Source: Synechococcus sp. (GTDB taxonomy: Bacteria > Cyanobacteriota > Cyanobacteriia > PCC-6307 > Cyanobiaceae). Taken from it: DNA of 64,000 nucleotides. Position numbers and translations under genes: made by a program. The stretch is taken from assembly GCA_047285535.1 (NCBI GenBank), contig JBJBDC010000001.1, positions 2,240,136 to 2,304,135 on the forward strand, in the 5' to 3' direction. Shown in pieces: positions 41,629 through 51,896 of the stretch. The first letter of the stretch is position 1, and each line of letters starts with the position of its first letter. The notes under the pieces are model-generated. The model did not search any database and was not told the origin of the DNA. It saw only the letters and a list, made by a program, of their open reading frames with translations.

Positions 41629-43434
41629 ATGACCCGCTCGGCTACGCCTCAGAGGGACAGTCAGCGTCAAAGCGGATCGCGTCAGCAGCCCTTGGTGTTG
41701 TTTGGATTGGTGCTGTTGTTTTGTGGCGCGATGGTGGCGCGGTTGGTATGGCTCCAGTTGTTGGAGGGGCCTCGCTATCGACAGTTGGCGGATGAAAATC
41801 GGATTCGTCTGGTACCCAGATCACCAACGCGAGGTCGTCTGCTGGATCGCAAAGGAAGGGTTTTAGCCTCCAGCAAGCTCACCTATTCGCTGTATGTGGA
41901 GCCGCGATTGGTGGATGACGCAGCGTGGCCTGAGTTGCGCGACCGCTTATCCAGTCTTTTAAATCTTGATTCCGTCACCTTGGATCAGCGCCGCCAGTCG
42001 GCTCCTGATCGCAACGGCTATCGCATCAATTTGGCAACAGAACTCACCCCCGAGCAGGTGCTGCGCTTCCGTGAGCAGTCCCTCGGCCTCAAAGGAGCCC
42101 AAGTGGATGTGGATATTCTTCGCTTGTATCCCCATGGGACACTCGCAGCCCATGCTCTGGGCTACACCCAGCCAATTACGGAGGAGGAATACAAAGCCCT
42201 TGCCGATCGCGGTTACGAGATTCGCGACCGCATCGGCCGGATCGGTGTAGAGGCTGCCTATGAGTCGCATTTGCGTGGTCAGTGGGGTGGGCAAATGCTC
42301 GAAGTGAATGCGATGGGTGAGGTGCAGAGGCATCTTGGTGATCGCCCCTCTGTGGCCGGTAAGGATCTAACGCTCACTCTTGATCTCGATCTGCAGAAGA
42401 CAGCTGAGAAAGCTTTGGCTGACAAACCTGGGGGCGCAATCGTGGCCATGGACCCTCGTAATGGAGCGATCTTGGCCTTAGCGAGTAAGCCCAATTTTGA
42501 CCCTAATTTTTTCTCCAAGCTGGTGACGACCCAGAAGGAGTACGACGCTCTGTTCTCCAATCCGCGCAAGCCTTTGTTGAGCCGAGCGATGAATGCTTAT
42601 GACCCTGGCAGCACGTGGAAGCCTGTGACGGCGATGGCTGGGATGGCGACTGGAAAATTTCCTCCTGAGGTGAAGTTGAACACGACTGCTTGCATCACGT
42701 ATGGAGGGCACTGCTTCCCGGATCACAATGGTGCCGGATTTGGACGGATTGGTTATGCCGATGCCTTGCGCTTCTCCAGCAATACATTTTTCTATCAAGT
42801 CGGAGTTGGTGCAGGTTCTTTAGCTCTCAAAAAGGCTGCTACCCAGCTTGGTTTTGGACGTAAGACGGGCATTGAGATCGGTTGGGAAGAGAACGTTGGT
42901 CTTGTGGGAGATGAAGACTGGGCTGCGGCAGGGCGGGGCTGGGCAAAACCTGGTTCCACACCCTGGATCCCAGAGGACATGGCCTCTGCTTCGATTGGGC
43001 AGTCGGTGGTGCAGATCACCCCTCTTCAATTGGCGCGGGCTTATTCCGTGTTTGCGAATGGTGGGTGGCTGGTGACTCCTCATCTGGCCGATCAAGGTTT
43101 GGATTGGACGGCTCCATCCCGGCGTACCAAGGTGCCGATCAAGCCATCAACCTTGGCCAAAATCCGTGAAGGATTGCGCAAGGTGGTGGAGGACGGCACC
43201 GGTTACGGCCTCAATGGGGAGGGGATTCCTCCTGCGGCTGGTAAGACCGGCACAGCGGAAGACAGCACGGGCGGTCCGGATCATGCCTGGTTTGCCAGTT
43301 ATGCCCCGTACCCGAATGGCGAAATTGTGGTGGTTGCTTTTGCTCAGAACACGCCTGGGGGAGGTTCCGTGCATGCACTTCCGATGGCCAAGAAAGTGAT
43401 TGAGGTGTGGAACCGCAATCGCAAGCAGAATTGA
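41629..43434 (+). CDS. mrdA: Penicillin-binding protein 2
   Basis: TM anchor, RGRLLDR, PGSTWK (SxxK), SSN (SxN) and KTGTAE. Confidence 0.93.
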   Translation: MTRSATPQRDSQRQSGSRQQPLVLFGLVLLFCGAMVARLVWLQLLEGPRYRQLADENRIRLVPRSPTRGRLLDRKGRVLASSKLTYSLYVEPRLVDDAAWPELRDRLSSLLNLDSVTLDQRRQSAPDRNGYRINLATELTPEQVLRFREQSLGLKGAQVDVDILRLYPHGTLAAHALGYTQPITEEEYKALADRGYEIRDRIGRIGVEAAYESHLRGQWGGQMLEVNAMGEVQRHLGDRPSVAGKDLTLTLDLDLQKTAEKALADKPGGAIVAMDPRNGAILALASKPNFDPNFFSKLVTTQKEYDALFSNPRKPLLSRAMNAYDPGSTWKPVTAMAGMATGKFPPEVKLNTTACITYGGHCFPDHNGAGFGRIGYADALRFSSNTFFYQVGVGAGSLALKKAATQLGFGRKTGIEIGWEENVGLVGDEDWAAAGRGWAKPGSTPWIPEDMASASIGQSVVQITPLQLARAYSVFANGGWLVTPHLADQGLDWTAPSRRTKVPIKPSTLAKIREGLRKVVEDGTGYGLNGEGIPPAAGKTGTAEDSTGGPDHAWFASYAPYPNGEIVVVAFAQNTPGGGSVHALPMAKKVIEVWNRNRKQN

Positions 43435-43435
43435 T

Positions 43436-44581
43436 TTATGCCGCCGAGCTGATGTCTGAGGAGAGCACTTGGCGGTAATAGCCGCGTAGCTGTTCCGTGG
43501 CCCCAGCCCATCCCCAACGTTCGGCTTCCGAGCGGGCGGCATTGCGGAGGGCTTGCCGCTCGAGGTCATTGCCAAGCAGTTTTCCGGTGGCTTCGATCAA
43601 GCTGGCAGCACCTGCATCGTCTCCATCCGGTTCGTAGAGACACCCGTTCACACCATCGGTGATGATGTCTGGAATCCCGCCCCGATTGGCGCCCACGACT
43701 GGGCAACCTGCTGCCATCGCTTCAAGCAAAACAAGACCAAGGGTTTCGGTGCTGGAAGGGAAGAGGAACGCATCACCGCTGGCGTAGGCACCGGCTAGTT
43801 CTTCGCCGGCGAGATATCCCACGAAGGTGGTGGCGGTTCCTTCGAAATGTTTTTCAAGCTGCTGCCGGTGGGGACCGTCACCTACGAGCGCAAGCCGAGT
43901 GTCGGGCAAAGCCTCGAGGACTGGACGGATTCGCTCGATTTGCTTTTCTGCAGAGAGCCGACCTACATAAAGCAGAAGAGCATCGCGGTCGTCGTATTCA
44001 CCATGCAGGCGTTTACGGAGTTCTGAGCTACGCAACTCCGGTCGGAATAGTTCTGTGTCTACGCCTCGCTGCCAGAGGGCGGTGTGCTGGATGCCCTTAT
44101 CGCTGAGTTCCTTCACCATTGCGGTGGAGGTGCACAGATTCAGCACAGCTTGGTTATGAGCCGCTTTCAGGAGCTCCCAGAGCAAGGGTTCGAGCATCCC
44201 CATGCCGTAGTGCTCGAGATACTTCGGAAGATGGGTGTGGTAGCTGGCCATCAGGGGGATGGCCTTGGTCTTGGCGAGCCAGATGCCTCCTAATCCAAGG
44301 ACTGCTGGATTGACAACGTGGATCAGGTCTGGATGAAATTGATCAATAGCATCGGAGACAGCCGGACGGGGTAAGGCCAGCTTGAGCTCTGGGTACAGCG
44401 GCAAGGGCATGGCGGGAACGCCAACGACTTTGGCCCCCATGTAGTGATTGGGTGCGCCTTCCGGGCAGAACACCACCACCTCATCTCCCCCATCGACCAG
44501 ATGCTTCACCGTTTTCGTAAGCCGAGTGACGATGCCGTCGACTTTGGGCAGAAACGTTTCGGTAAAGAAGGCGATTTTCAA
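43436..44581 (-). CDS. sqdX: Sulfoquinovosyldiacylglycerol synthase (GT4)
   Basis: KIAFFTETFLPKVDG, YHTH, VGRLSAEK and ETLGLVLLEAMAAG; follows sqdB. Confidence 0.88.
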   Translation of the reverse strand: MKIAFFTETFLPKVDGIVTRLTKTVKHLVDGGDEVVVFCPEGAPNHYMGAKVVGVPAMPLPLYPELKLALPRPAVSDAIDQFHPDLIHVVNPAVLGLGGIWLAKTKAIPLMASYHTHLPKYLEHYGMGMLEPLLWELLKAAHNQAVLNLCTSTAMVKELSDKGIQHTALWQRGVDTELFRPELRSSELRKRLHGEYDDRDALLLYVGRLSAEKQIERIRPVLEALPDTRLALVGDGPHRQQLEKHFEGTATTFVGYLAGEELAGAYASGDAFLFPSSTETLGLVLLEAMAAGCPVVGANRGGIPDIITDGVNGCLYEPDGDDAGAASLIEATGKLLGNDLERQALRNAARSEAERWGWAGATEQLRGYYRQVLSSDISSAA

Positions 44582-44594
44582 AGGTTCGTCCCGA

Positions 44595-45791
44595 TTAGGA
44601 GGCGTTGCCAATGGCTTGAGCTTGCGTTTTGGTCCAGGCGGATGTGCAGAGGATACGATCGCGATCGCAACGATCAGCGAAGCGGGTGGCGATTTCCACC
44701 ACTTCTTTCAAGAGACCGTCATCGAGGGTTGTGGGGTTGAGCCCTAGCTCAATGAAACAACGGTTGTCGACAATCAGGTCGTTTTCAACGGCTTCATTGC
44801 GGGGGTTGGGCAGATGATTCACCTTGGTTCCTGTGAGGGCTGCCACCTTCTTGGCCAGTTCGCCCACCTGATGGCTTTCGGTCATCTGATTGAAGATCTT
44901 GACTCGTTCGCCTTGCTCTGGGGGGTTGTCCAGGGCCAGCTGGACGCAGCGCACTGAATCGCGGATGTGAATGAAGGCACGGGTCTGGCCGCCAGTGCCG
45001 TGTACGGTCAGCGGGTAGCCAATCGCTGCCTGCATGAGGAAGCGGTTGAGCACGGTGCCGTAGTCACCGTCGTAATCAAAACGGTTGGTCAGCCGTGGGT
45101 CGCGATCCGTTGCTTCTGTATTCGTGCCCCAGACGATGCCCTGGTGGAGGTCGGTGATTCTGACCTTGTCGTTTTTGTTGTAGTAAAGGAAGAGCAGCTG
45201 ATCCAGCGTCTTGGTCATGTGATAGACGCTGCCAGGGCTGGCTGGGTGAAGGATCTCCTCCTCGAAGCGACTGCCGTCAGGTTGGGGTACTTCCACTTTG
45301 AGATAGCCCTCGGGAATGGTGGCGCCACGGTGGGAGCCATACCCGTACACACCCATGGTGCCGAGGTGCACCACATGGATGTCTCGCCCGGATTCCACGA
45401 TCGCTGCAAGCAGGTTGTGGGTGCCGTTCACATTGTTGTCAACGGTGTAGCGCTTGGTGGAGCTGCTCTTCATCGAGTAGGGAGCTGCGCGCTGCTCGGC
45501 GAAGTGGACGATCGAATCGGGTTGTTCCTCGATGATCAGATCCAGAAGACGTTGGTATTCGTGCGCAATGTCCATGTGCACGAAGCGCATGGGCCTACCG
45601 CCAGTGCTTTTCCATGCATTGAGGCGCTCGCCGATGCTCACGATCGGCGTAAGTGATTCCACCTCAAGGTCGATGTCGATCTTGCGTCGGCTGAGGTTGT
45701 CCACGATCACAACGTCGTGACCCTGGTCCGCCAAATTCACCGCACAAGGCCAACCGCAGAAGCCGTCACCACCTAAAACGAGAACTTTCAC
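44595..45791 (-). CDS. sqdB: UDP-sulfoquinovose synthase
   Basis: VLGGDGFCGW, HFAEQRAAPYSM, GTMGVYG and YHMTK. Confidence 0.95.
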   Translation of the reverse strand: MKVLVLGGDGFCGWPCAVNLADQGHDVVIVDNLSRRKIDIDLEVESLTPIVSIGERLNAWKSTGGRPMRFVHMDIAHEYQRLLDLIIEEQPDSIVHFAEQRAAPYSMKSSSTKRYTVDNNVNGTHNLLAAIVESGRDIHVVHLGTMGVYGYGSHRGATIPEGYLKVEVPQPDGSRFEEEILHPASPGSVYHMTKTLDQLLFLYYNKNDKVRITDLHQGIVWGTNTEATDRDPRLTNRFDYDGDYGTVLNRFLMQAAIGYPLTVHGTGGQTRAFIHIRDSVRCVQLALDNPPEQGERVKIFNQMTESHQVGELAKKVAALTGTKVNHLPNPRNEAVENDLIVDNRCFIELGLNPTTLDDGLLKEVVEIATRFADRCDRDRILCTSAWTKTQAQAIGNAS

Positions 45792-45848
45792 CCAAACTCC
45801 TGCTGAAGCGAGCAAGCCGCTGATTTCTGGCAAGCTACTACAGGGTTT

Positions 45849-46016
45849 TCAGCTCACGGCCACAGACAGAGCCATCAGAGCGACAACCAGCACTGCTCCG
45901 GCGATGACCAGGAGCCGAGAGCTGGTGCTGCGAGAGGCTTCTTCGCTGATCACTTCCATGCGAGGTTCCTTTGCGAAGGCGTTCAGACGGCCGCCATCTT
46001 CTTTAGTGACCTGCAT
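45849..46016 (-). CDS. psb34: Ssl1498/Psb34-family PSII assembly factor
   Basis: MQVTKEDGGRLNAFAKEPRM plus one C-terminal TM helix. Confidence 0.75.
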   Translation of the reverse strand: MQVTKEDGGRLNAFAKEPRMEVISEEASRSTSSRLLVIAGAVLVVALMALSVAVS

Positions 46017-46125
46017 GGATCGCACTACAACTGAACGGGACCTTATGGATTTAATCGTTGTTGCGCTCACACTCCTTTACGTCTCGAGACATGCTGTTAC
46101 AAGTTGGTGTCCGTATTGAGTGCCT

Positions 46126-46938
46126 CTAGGCGTTGATGCGTCCGCTGATGGGGGAGCTGGGAGAAGCATCTGTGCGGGGCGGCAGCCGACCTGCCAGCAA
46201 GGCCTGACGTCCTGCCTGCACGGCAGCAGCCATCGCTTCTGCCATCAGAGGAGGTTGTCCTGCAAGGGCGATGGCGCTGTTGATGAGAACGGCATCAGCG
46301 CCCATTTCCAACGCTTGGGCGGCATCGCTTGGTACGCCGATGCCTGCATCCACCACCACCGGCACGCAGGCATTTTCAATGATCAGGCCAATATTGGCGG
46401 CATTGCGTAAGCCTTGCCCTGAGCCTATCGGTGATCCCAGCGGCATCACAGTGGCGCAGCCAACGTCTTCTAAGCGTTTGGCGAGTAACGGATCGGCATT
46501 GATGTATGGCAGCACGGTGAAGCCTTCTTGAACCAGTGTTTCTGCTGCTTCCAGCGTTCCAAACGGATCGGGCAGCAAGTGATGGCTGTCAGGGATCACT
46601 TCTAATTTGACAAAAGTGTTGTTTTCCTGACCAGCCAGTTTCGCTAGTTCCCGGCCAAGCCTGGCGACGCGCACAGCTTCTTCCGCGTTGGTGCAGCCCG
46701 CTGTGTTGGGGAGCATCCAGATTCGGGTCCAGTCAATCGCTTGCATCAGGCCTTCATGCCCCTCAGCGACAGCCTGAACCCGTCTCACGGCGACGGTGAC
46801 CATATCGCAGCCTGATTTCTCCAGGCTGTTTTTCATTGTTTCCAGGCTTGGGTATTTGCCTGTTCCCGTGATCAGCCTGCTTTGAAAACTGCGCCCTCCA
46901 ATCAGGAGTGCATCGTCGTGAAAGTGGGTCGAATCCAT
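46126..46938 (-). CDS. thiG: Thiazole synthase
   Basis: [34 protein letters not shown] and VDAGIG. Confidence 0.96.
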   Translation of the reverse strand: MDSTHFHDDALLIGGRSFQSRLITGTGKYPSLETMKNSLEKSGCDMVTVAVRRVQAVAEGHEGLMQAIDWTRIWMLPNTAGCTNAEEAVRVARLGRELAKLAGQENNTFVKLEVIPDSHHLLPDPFGTLEAAETLVQEGFTVLPYINADPLLAKRLEDVGCATVMPLGSPIGSGQGLRNAANIGLIIENACVPVVVDAGIGVPSDAAQALEMGADAVLINSAIALAGQPPLMAEAMAAAVQAGRQALLAGRLPPRTDASPSSPISGRINA

Positions 46939-47007
46939 AGTGGTCAGTTGCGGTTTGGTTGGAGAACCGGATCTTTATGTGGTCAAGCAGGCCGCAACCG
47001 CTCTACC

Positions 47008-47571
47008 GTGCGCCCATCATCTATTCCATCCATGCCCGTTCCTCCTGTCATGGACGTACCGGTCGATATTCAAGTGCCGGTCAATATTCAGGCACCGTTT
47101 GAGGCTCCACCGCCATTTGACAGTTCACAACCGGTGCTTCCTCTGGTTCTTGACGAATCGGTTGAAAGGTTTGATCCGGTTGCACGAGCGTCTTATCTTG
47201 CCGAAACATTGCCCAAGCAATGGTGCGGAAATTACACCGCATTTGATTCGAATTCCACCGTGGATGTGGAGTTGACGCTTGCCAGCGTGAAACCCATGGG
47301 TCAGATGGTTGATTTGCGTGGTGATATGCGTATTGGTTCGATTTCAACGGCTGTGCAGGGGAACCTCAATGCTAAGTCTGATCAGCTTGATCTTCTTCCC
47401 TTGTCTCCAGTGCTTACGAATGACTTGGAGATTGGCGGAAGGTTTCTAGGAATGCAGGGTTTCTCTCTCGCTGGTTGGGAGGCCCCAAGATTAACCAATA
47501 CTGGTGGCAGGCTTGACCTTTCCTCCAGCTGTACCAGCTTAGAATCCGCGCCCATCAGAGCTCTTTGGTGA
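47008..47571 (+). CDS. Hypothetical protein
   Basis: Long ORF (open from 46882) with Pro-rich N-terminus; start uncertain. Confidence 0.6.
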   Translation: MRPSSIPSMPVPPVMDVPVDIQVPVNIQAPFEAPPPFDSSQPVLPLVLDESVERFDPVARASYLAETLPKQWCGNYTAFDSNSTVDVELTLASVKPMGQMVDLRGDMRIGSISTAVQGNLNAKSDQLDLLPLSPVLTNDLEIGGRFLGMQGFSLAGWEAPRLTNTGGRLDLSSSCTSLESAPIRALW

Positions 47572-48114
47572 AGCCTTGAGAGAGCTATTACCTTTTGAGC
47601 CGGCGCGTTCCAAACGTTTTAATCGCTTGCTTGCCGTTTTGTTGTTTGGATCAAGAGCAAGCACTTGGCGATAAAGGGAACAAGCTTCTTCCTTTTCTAA
47701 AAGACGTTCTTGAGCAAAGGCAAGGTTATTAATAGCGACTGGATAATCCTCTTTTGCTCGTAGTGCAGCTTTGTAATGGCGTACTGCAGTACTGAAGTCT
47801 TTCTCGGCAGCTAAGGCATAGCCCAAGGCATTCTGAATGAGAGCGCGTGCTTCATCTGGCTCTTCGTTGAGGCTTTTAAGGGCTTGGCGCAACGTAATAA
47901 TTGCCTGAGGGTAAAGACGCTTGCGCAACTGCACTGATGCGAGTTCGTATAAAGCACTTGCGTCTTTTGAGGATGCAATTTTGTTTTGCTCCATTGTGCG
48001 CAAGCTTTGTTCATCGCGACGAACGCGAAAAAACTGACGACCCGCGACAACCGCAACGATCGCCAAAAGGCCAATCAGGCCCAGTAAATAGGTCTGCGGC
48101 AAAAGAGCGTTCAT
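47539..48114 (-). CDS. TPR protein (Ycf37-like)
   Basis: N-terminal TM helix and three TPR-like repeats; downstream of rplT. Confidence 0.75.
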   Translation of the reverse strand: MNALLPQTYLLGLIGLLAIVAVVAGRQFFRVRRDEQSLRTMEQNKIASSKDASALYELASVQLRKRLYPQAIITLRQALKSLNEEPDEARALIQNALGYALAAEKDFSTAVRHYKAALRAKEDYPVAINNLAFAQERLLEKEEACSLYRQVLALDPNNKTASKRLKRLERAGSKGNSSLKASPKSSDGRGF

Positions 48115-48150
48115 TTCAGTGCCAAGAAACGTCCGATTAAGGACTGGTCA

Positions 48151-48498
48151 TTACCCCTGAGTGGCGTTGACGACGGAGGCAAAACTTGCGGGATCCACCA
48201 CTGCCATCTGAGCCAACATTTTTCGGTTGATGCGCACATCGGCTTTTTTAAGACCACCGATCAAACGGCTGTAACTCACGCCATTGATTCGTGCTGCAGC
48301 ATTGATCCTTGCAATCCATAGGCGACGGAAATCACGCTTGCGACGACGTCGGTCGCGGTAGGCATTGCAAAGCGCTTTCATCACGCGTTGGTTAGCCGTG
48401 CGGAAGAGTGTTCCGTTGCTGCCCTGGAATCCACGGGCTAAACGAAGAATTTTATTGCGACGTTTACGGGCAACATTGCCTCTCTTGACGCGAGCCAT
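48151..48498 (-). CDS. rplT: 50S ribosomal protein L20
   Basis: [22 protein letters not shown]. Confidence 0.98.
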   Translation of the reverse strand: MARVKRGNVARKRRNKILRLARGFQGSNGTLFRTANQRVMKALCNAYRDRRRRKRDFRRLWIARINAAARINGVSYSRLIGGLKKADVRINRKMLAQMAVVDPASFASVVNATQG

Positions 48499-48573
48499 GA
48501 ATCAGATGTGGAGAAATTAAACGGGAAAAAAGGTCCTGCATTGTGGACGACCTAGCAGGAATGAACGCAGAGC

Positions 48574-48771
48574 CTAGGCGTAGGGCATCATCAGAGTGAC
48601 GCGTTCCTCATCGGTTCGGTCAACAACTGCTTTCGTCTTGAGATGACGTTTCTGCTTTGGCGATTTGTGGTCGAGAAGGTGATTGTGGAAGGCCCTGCGA
48701 CGCATAAACTTGCCAGTGCCAGTTGCTTTGAACCGCTTGGCGGCTGCTTTGCGGGTCTTGAGCTTGGGCAT
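48574..48771 (-). CDS. rpmI: 50S ribosomal protein L35
   Basis: [21 protein letters not shown]. Confidence 0.97.
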   Translation of the reverse strand: MPKLKTRKAAAKRFKATGTGKFMRRRAFHNHLLDHKSPKQKRHLKTKAVVDRTDEERVTLMMPYA

Positions 48772-48871
48772 GGGTCTGGCTGCACGTGGCATAAGCGACA
48801 ACCATAGAACGTTGCCTTCCGTTCGGCCAATCGTTTCTGGCCACGTCATGCTGAATTGAGTTGCAGCGCAA

Positions 48872-50464
48872 GTGTCCTTGACTCCTCTCTCTGGCTGGCC
48901 GAAGCGTCAGGTTTTCGTGCCGCTGATTTTGGTCAGTGCGATCGCCTGCAGTTGTCGTGCTCAAGAGACGTCGCTTGAGCCTGGACTTCCTCCTGCTATC
49001 GCGACCCACCGATCGGTGCCTCGACCCCCCAATGTTGATGAGGCGCCTTTGTGGGTGGCATTGGCTGACCATCTTGGACGTGGCACCAAGACCCAGCGAT
49101 CCGCTCCTTTGCTGACTTTGAATGCGGCTGGCCAGGAGCCCTTGCGCTTGAGGGATGGATCCGGCGCCGATGTTGCTGAGGGAAGGACGTTGCGCCTCAG
49201 TTGGCGACTGGCTCCCCTGGAGTCACCTCTGGAGATTGCCCGTCAGATTGCGGGTCCTTTTGCCAGCTTTGAATCAGCTGATCGTGTTGCGGGTCAATGG
49301 CGTGATCGTGGTGTCGCCGCTCGTGTGGCTCACCCTGGTGAGTGGGAGGTTTGGGCGCCTTTTGATGCAGAGCTTCTGGATGGGGTTTCCGTTCGGCCTT
49401 GGCTTCGCACCTTGACCACTGAGATCAAAGCCGTGCTTGAGGGTCCCACTGGTGGTCGAACCCTACAGGGTCCGCTGACGCTCGAGGCGCCGAATGGTCT
49501 GCTTTGGCAAGGAGGGGTTTTACAAGGACCATTTCGTCTTCAGCAAGATGCCTATGGCACTTGGACGTTGTTGGAACAAGTCCCCCTAGAGCGTTACTTA
49601 GAGGGTGTGGTTCCCCATGAAATTGGCGCTGGGTCTCCGACAGCGGCGCTGCAGGCGCAAGCGGTCCTTGCTCGCACCTGGGCGCTGGCTAACAGCCATC
49701 GTTTTGCCATTGATGGATATCACCTATGCAGTGATACACAGTGCCAGGTTTACAGCGATCCTCGTCAAGCGAGTGTTGCGGTACGTGAGGCCATTCGTGC
49801 CACAGCTGGAAAGGTGCTGACGTGGAATGACGAGCCCATCCAAGCTTGGTATCACGCTAGCAATGGGGGTGTGATGGCCGGAGGAGAGGAGGCCTGGGCT
49901 ATGGATTCACTGCCTTACGTACAGGCCCGTGCGGATGGTTCAGAGGCATGGACGAGTGGCGTGACTTTGCCACTTCAGGACGCCTCCGCTTTGAGTTCCA
50001 TCCTTTTAAGAAGCGATGGTGCCTATGGCACGAGTCATCCTCGTTTTCGTTGGACTCGGATCTACAGCTCTGCGCAGATCGCACAGGCCTTGCGTGCTGC
50101 TGGTCTGTCTACTGGAGATCCCAGTGCCATAAGGGTGCAGGAGCGTGGAGCCAGTGGAAGGGTGCTGGCTCTTGACGTCGAGATGGGTCGTGACGGTGAT
50201 GCCGTCAGGTTGCGACTTGATGGCATCCGTCGGACCCTGCGCCGCCTGCCCAGCACATTGTTTGTGGTTGAGAAGCTGGGCGCTGATCGTTGGCGATTTC
50301 AGGGTGGAGGATTTGGCCATGGAGTAGGCCTGTCCCAGGCTGGTGCCATTGACCTAGCGGTTCGTGGTTGGAGCGCTGAGCAGATCCTCAGCCACTACTA
50401 CCCCGGGACAACATTGACCACAGTCCAGCGTTCTGAGAGTTCTCTGTCTGACAAGGCCCCTTAA
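48872..50464 (+). CDS. SpoIID/LytB domain protein
   Basis: [32 protein letters not shown] and [12 protein letters not shown]. Confidence 0.9.
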   Translation: MSLTPLSGWPKRQVFVPLILVSAIACSCRAQETSLEPGLPPAIATHRSVPRPPNVDEAPLWVALADHLGRGTKTQRSAPLLTLNAAGQEPLRLRDGSGADVAEGRTLRLSWRLAPLESPLEIARQIAGPFASFESADRVAGQWRDRGVAARVAHPGEWEVWAPFDAELLDGVSVRPWLRTLTTEIKAVLEGPTGGRTLQGPLTLEAPNGLLWQGGVLQGPFRLQQDAYGTWTLLEQVPLERYLEGVVPHEIGAGSPTAALQAQAVLARTWALANSHRFAIDGYHLCSDTQCQVYSDPRQASVAVREAIRATAGKVLTWNDEPIQAWYHASNGGVMAGGEEAWAMDSLPYVQARADGSEAWTSGVTLPLQDASALSSILLRSDGAYGTSHPRFRWTRIYSSAQIAQALRAAGLSTGDPSAIRVQERGASGRVLALDVEMGRDGDAVRLRLDGIRRTLRRLPSTLFVVEKLGADRWRFQGGGFGHGVGLSQAGAIDLAVRGWSAEQILSHYYPGTTLTTVQRSESSLSDKAP

Positions 50465-50467
50465 AAT

Positions 50468-51856
50468 TTGATGCATTCGAACGTTGAGAGGGTTGTGGCC
50501 GCAGGGACAGGCGATCGCCGACGCGGCAAGACAGCCTTGTTTGTGGTGGCTTGCGGTTGTGTGGGTGCTGCTCCTCACTGGCTGGATCCCTCTAGGAGCC
50601 TGATTCCATCCATCACCCTGGCAATTGTGCTCGGTGGATATTCCCTAAGTACGGCGCTACGCGGCTCTGGTGAGAGCAGCTTCTCCAGCATCAGTACTTC
50701 TGCAAAGGATGGGGATGAAGCCTCCGGGTTGGACCCTGCTCTCGTTGACAGCTTCACCGCTTGGCCGAACGTGGATGTGGTAGTTGCCGCAAGGGATGAG
50801 GAAGCCGTGGTGACGCGTCTTATGGAACGTCTCGGGGCGCTGCGCTACCCAGCTGATCGACTCACGACCTGGATCGTGGATGACGGCAGCCAAGACAAAA
50901 CACCAGATCTACTGAATGAACTGAAGCCTCGATACCCCAACTTGAATGTGATTCGCCGTCAACGCAATGAAGGAGGTGGCAAGTCTGGTGCTTTGAATGC
51001 TGCGTTGGCTCAAAGCAGTGGGGAATGGATTCTTGTGCTTGATGCCGATGGTCAAATCAGTGACGATCAGCTGGAACGTTTGATCCCGATCGCCGTACTG
51101 GGCGATTGGTCAGCGTTGCAGATGCGCAAGGCGGTCACAAACGCGGACACTAATCTCCTCACGCGGGCGCAGGCCATGGAGATGGCTTTTGATGCGCTGA
51201 TTCAGCAGGGCAGGCTTTTGGGTGGAGGCGTCGCTGAACTGCGTGGCAATGGTCAGTTGCTGCGCCGGGATGTGTTGGAAGCCTGCGGCGGCTTCAATGA
51301 GGACACCGTCACCGACGATCTCGACCTGAGTTTTCGTTTTCTGCTTCAGGGTGCTAGCACGGTCGTTCTTTGGAATCCACCGGTGAGAGAAGAAGCGGTG
51401 GAAACGGTTTCGGCGCTTTGGAAGCAGAGACAGCGTTGGGCGGAAGGAGGGTTGCAGCGCTTTTTTGATTACTGGCCAGGGCTGTTGTCAGATCGGCTGA
51501 CGCCCAGTCAACGCCGCGACCTGGTTTGTTTTTTCTTGCTTCAGTACGCCTTGCCCGTGCTCTCCTTGGCTGACTTGATCACCAGTGCATTCATGAGAAC
51601 AACTCCCGCGTATTGGCCATTGTCGATCGCGGCATTCAGTGTCTCCGGCCTGGCCTATTGGAGAGGGTGCAGGCGCTTCAGTGAGGGTCCTGACCTGCCC
51701 AAACCCAATCCCTTGTCATTGCTTTTGGGTATTGCCTACCTCGGTCATTGGTTCTTGGTGATTCCATGGGTCACCCTGCGAATGGCGCTACTGCCGAAGA
51801 GTTTGGTCTGGGCAAAAACGAGTCATCGTGGCAGTGAGGAGACGGTGGAAGTCTGA
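50468..51856 (+). CDS. Family 2 glycosyltransferase (membrane-bound)
   Basis: VAARDE, VDDGSQD, GKSGALN, LDAD, TDDLDL and QRQRW. Confidence 0.9.
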   Translation: MMHSNVERVVAAGTGDRRRGKTALFVVACGCVGAAPHWLDPSRSLIPSITLAIVLGGYSLSTALRGSGESSFSSISTSAKDGDEASGLDPALVDSFTAWPNVDVVVAARDEEAVVTRLMERLGALRYPADRLTTWIVDDGSQDKTPDLLNELKPRYPNLNVIRRQRNEGGGKSGALNAALAQSSGEWILVLDADGQISDDQLERLIPIAVLGDWSALQMRKAVTNADTNLLTRAQAMEMAFDALIQQGRLLGGGVAELRGNGQLLRRDVLEACGGFNEDTVTDDLDLSFRFLLQGASTVVLWNPPVREEAVETVSALWKQRQRWAEGGLQRFFDYWPGLLSDRLTPSQRRDLVCFFLLQYALPVLSLADLITSAFMRTTPAYWPLSIAAFSVSGLAYWRGCRRFSEGPDLPKPNPLSLLLGIAYLGHWFLVIPWVTLRMALLPKSLVWAKTSHRGSEETVEV

Positions 51857-51896
51857 AGCACCACTGTTTAAATCTCCAAAACCCTTTCCGGTGCAA

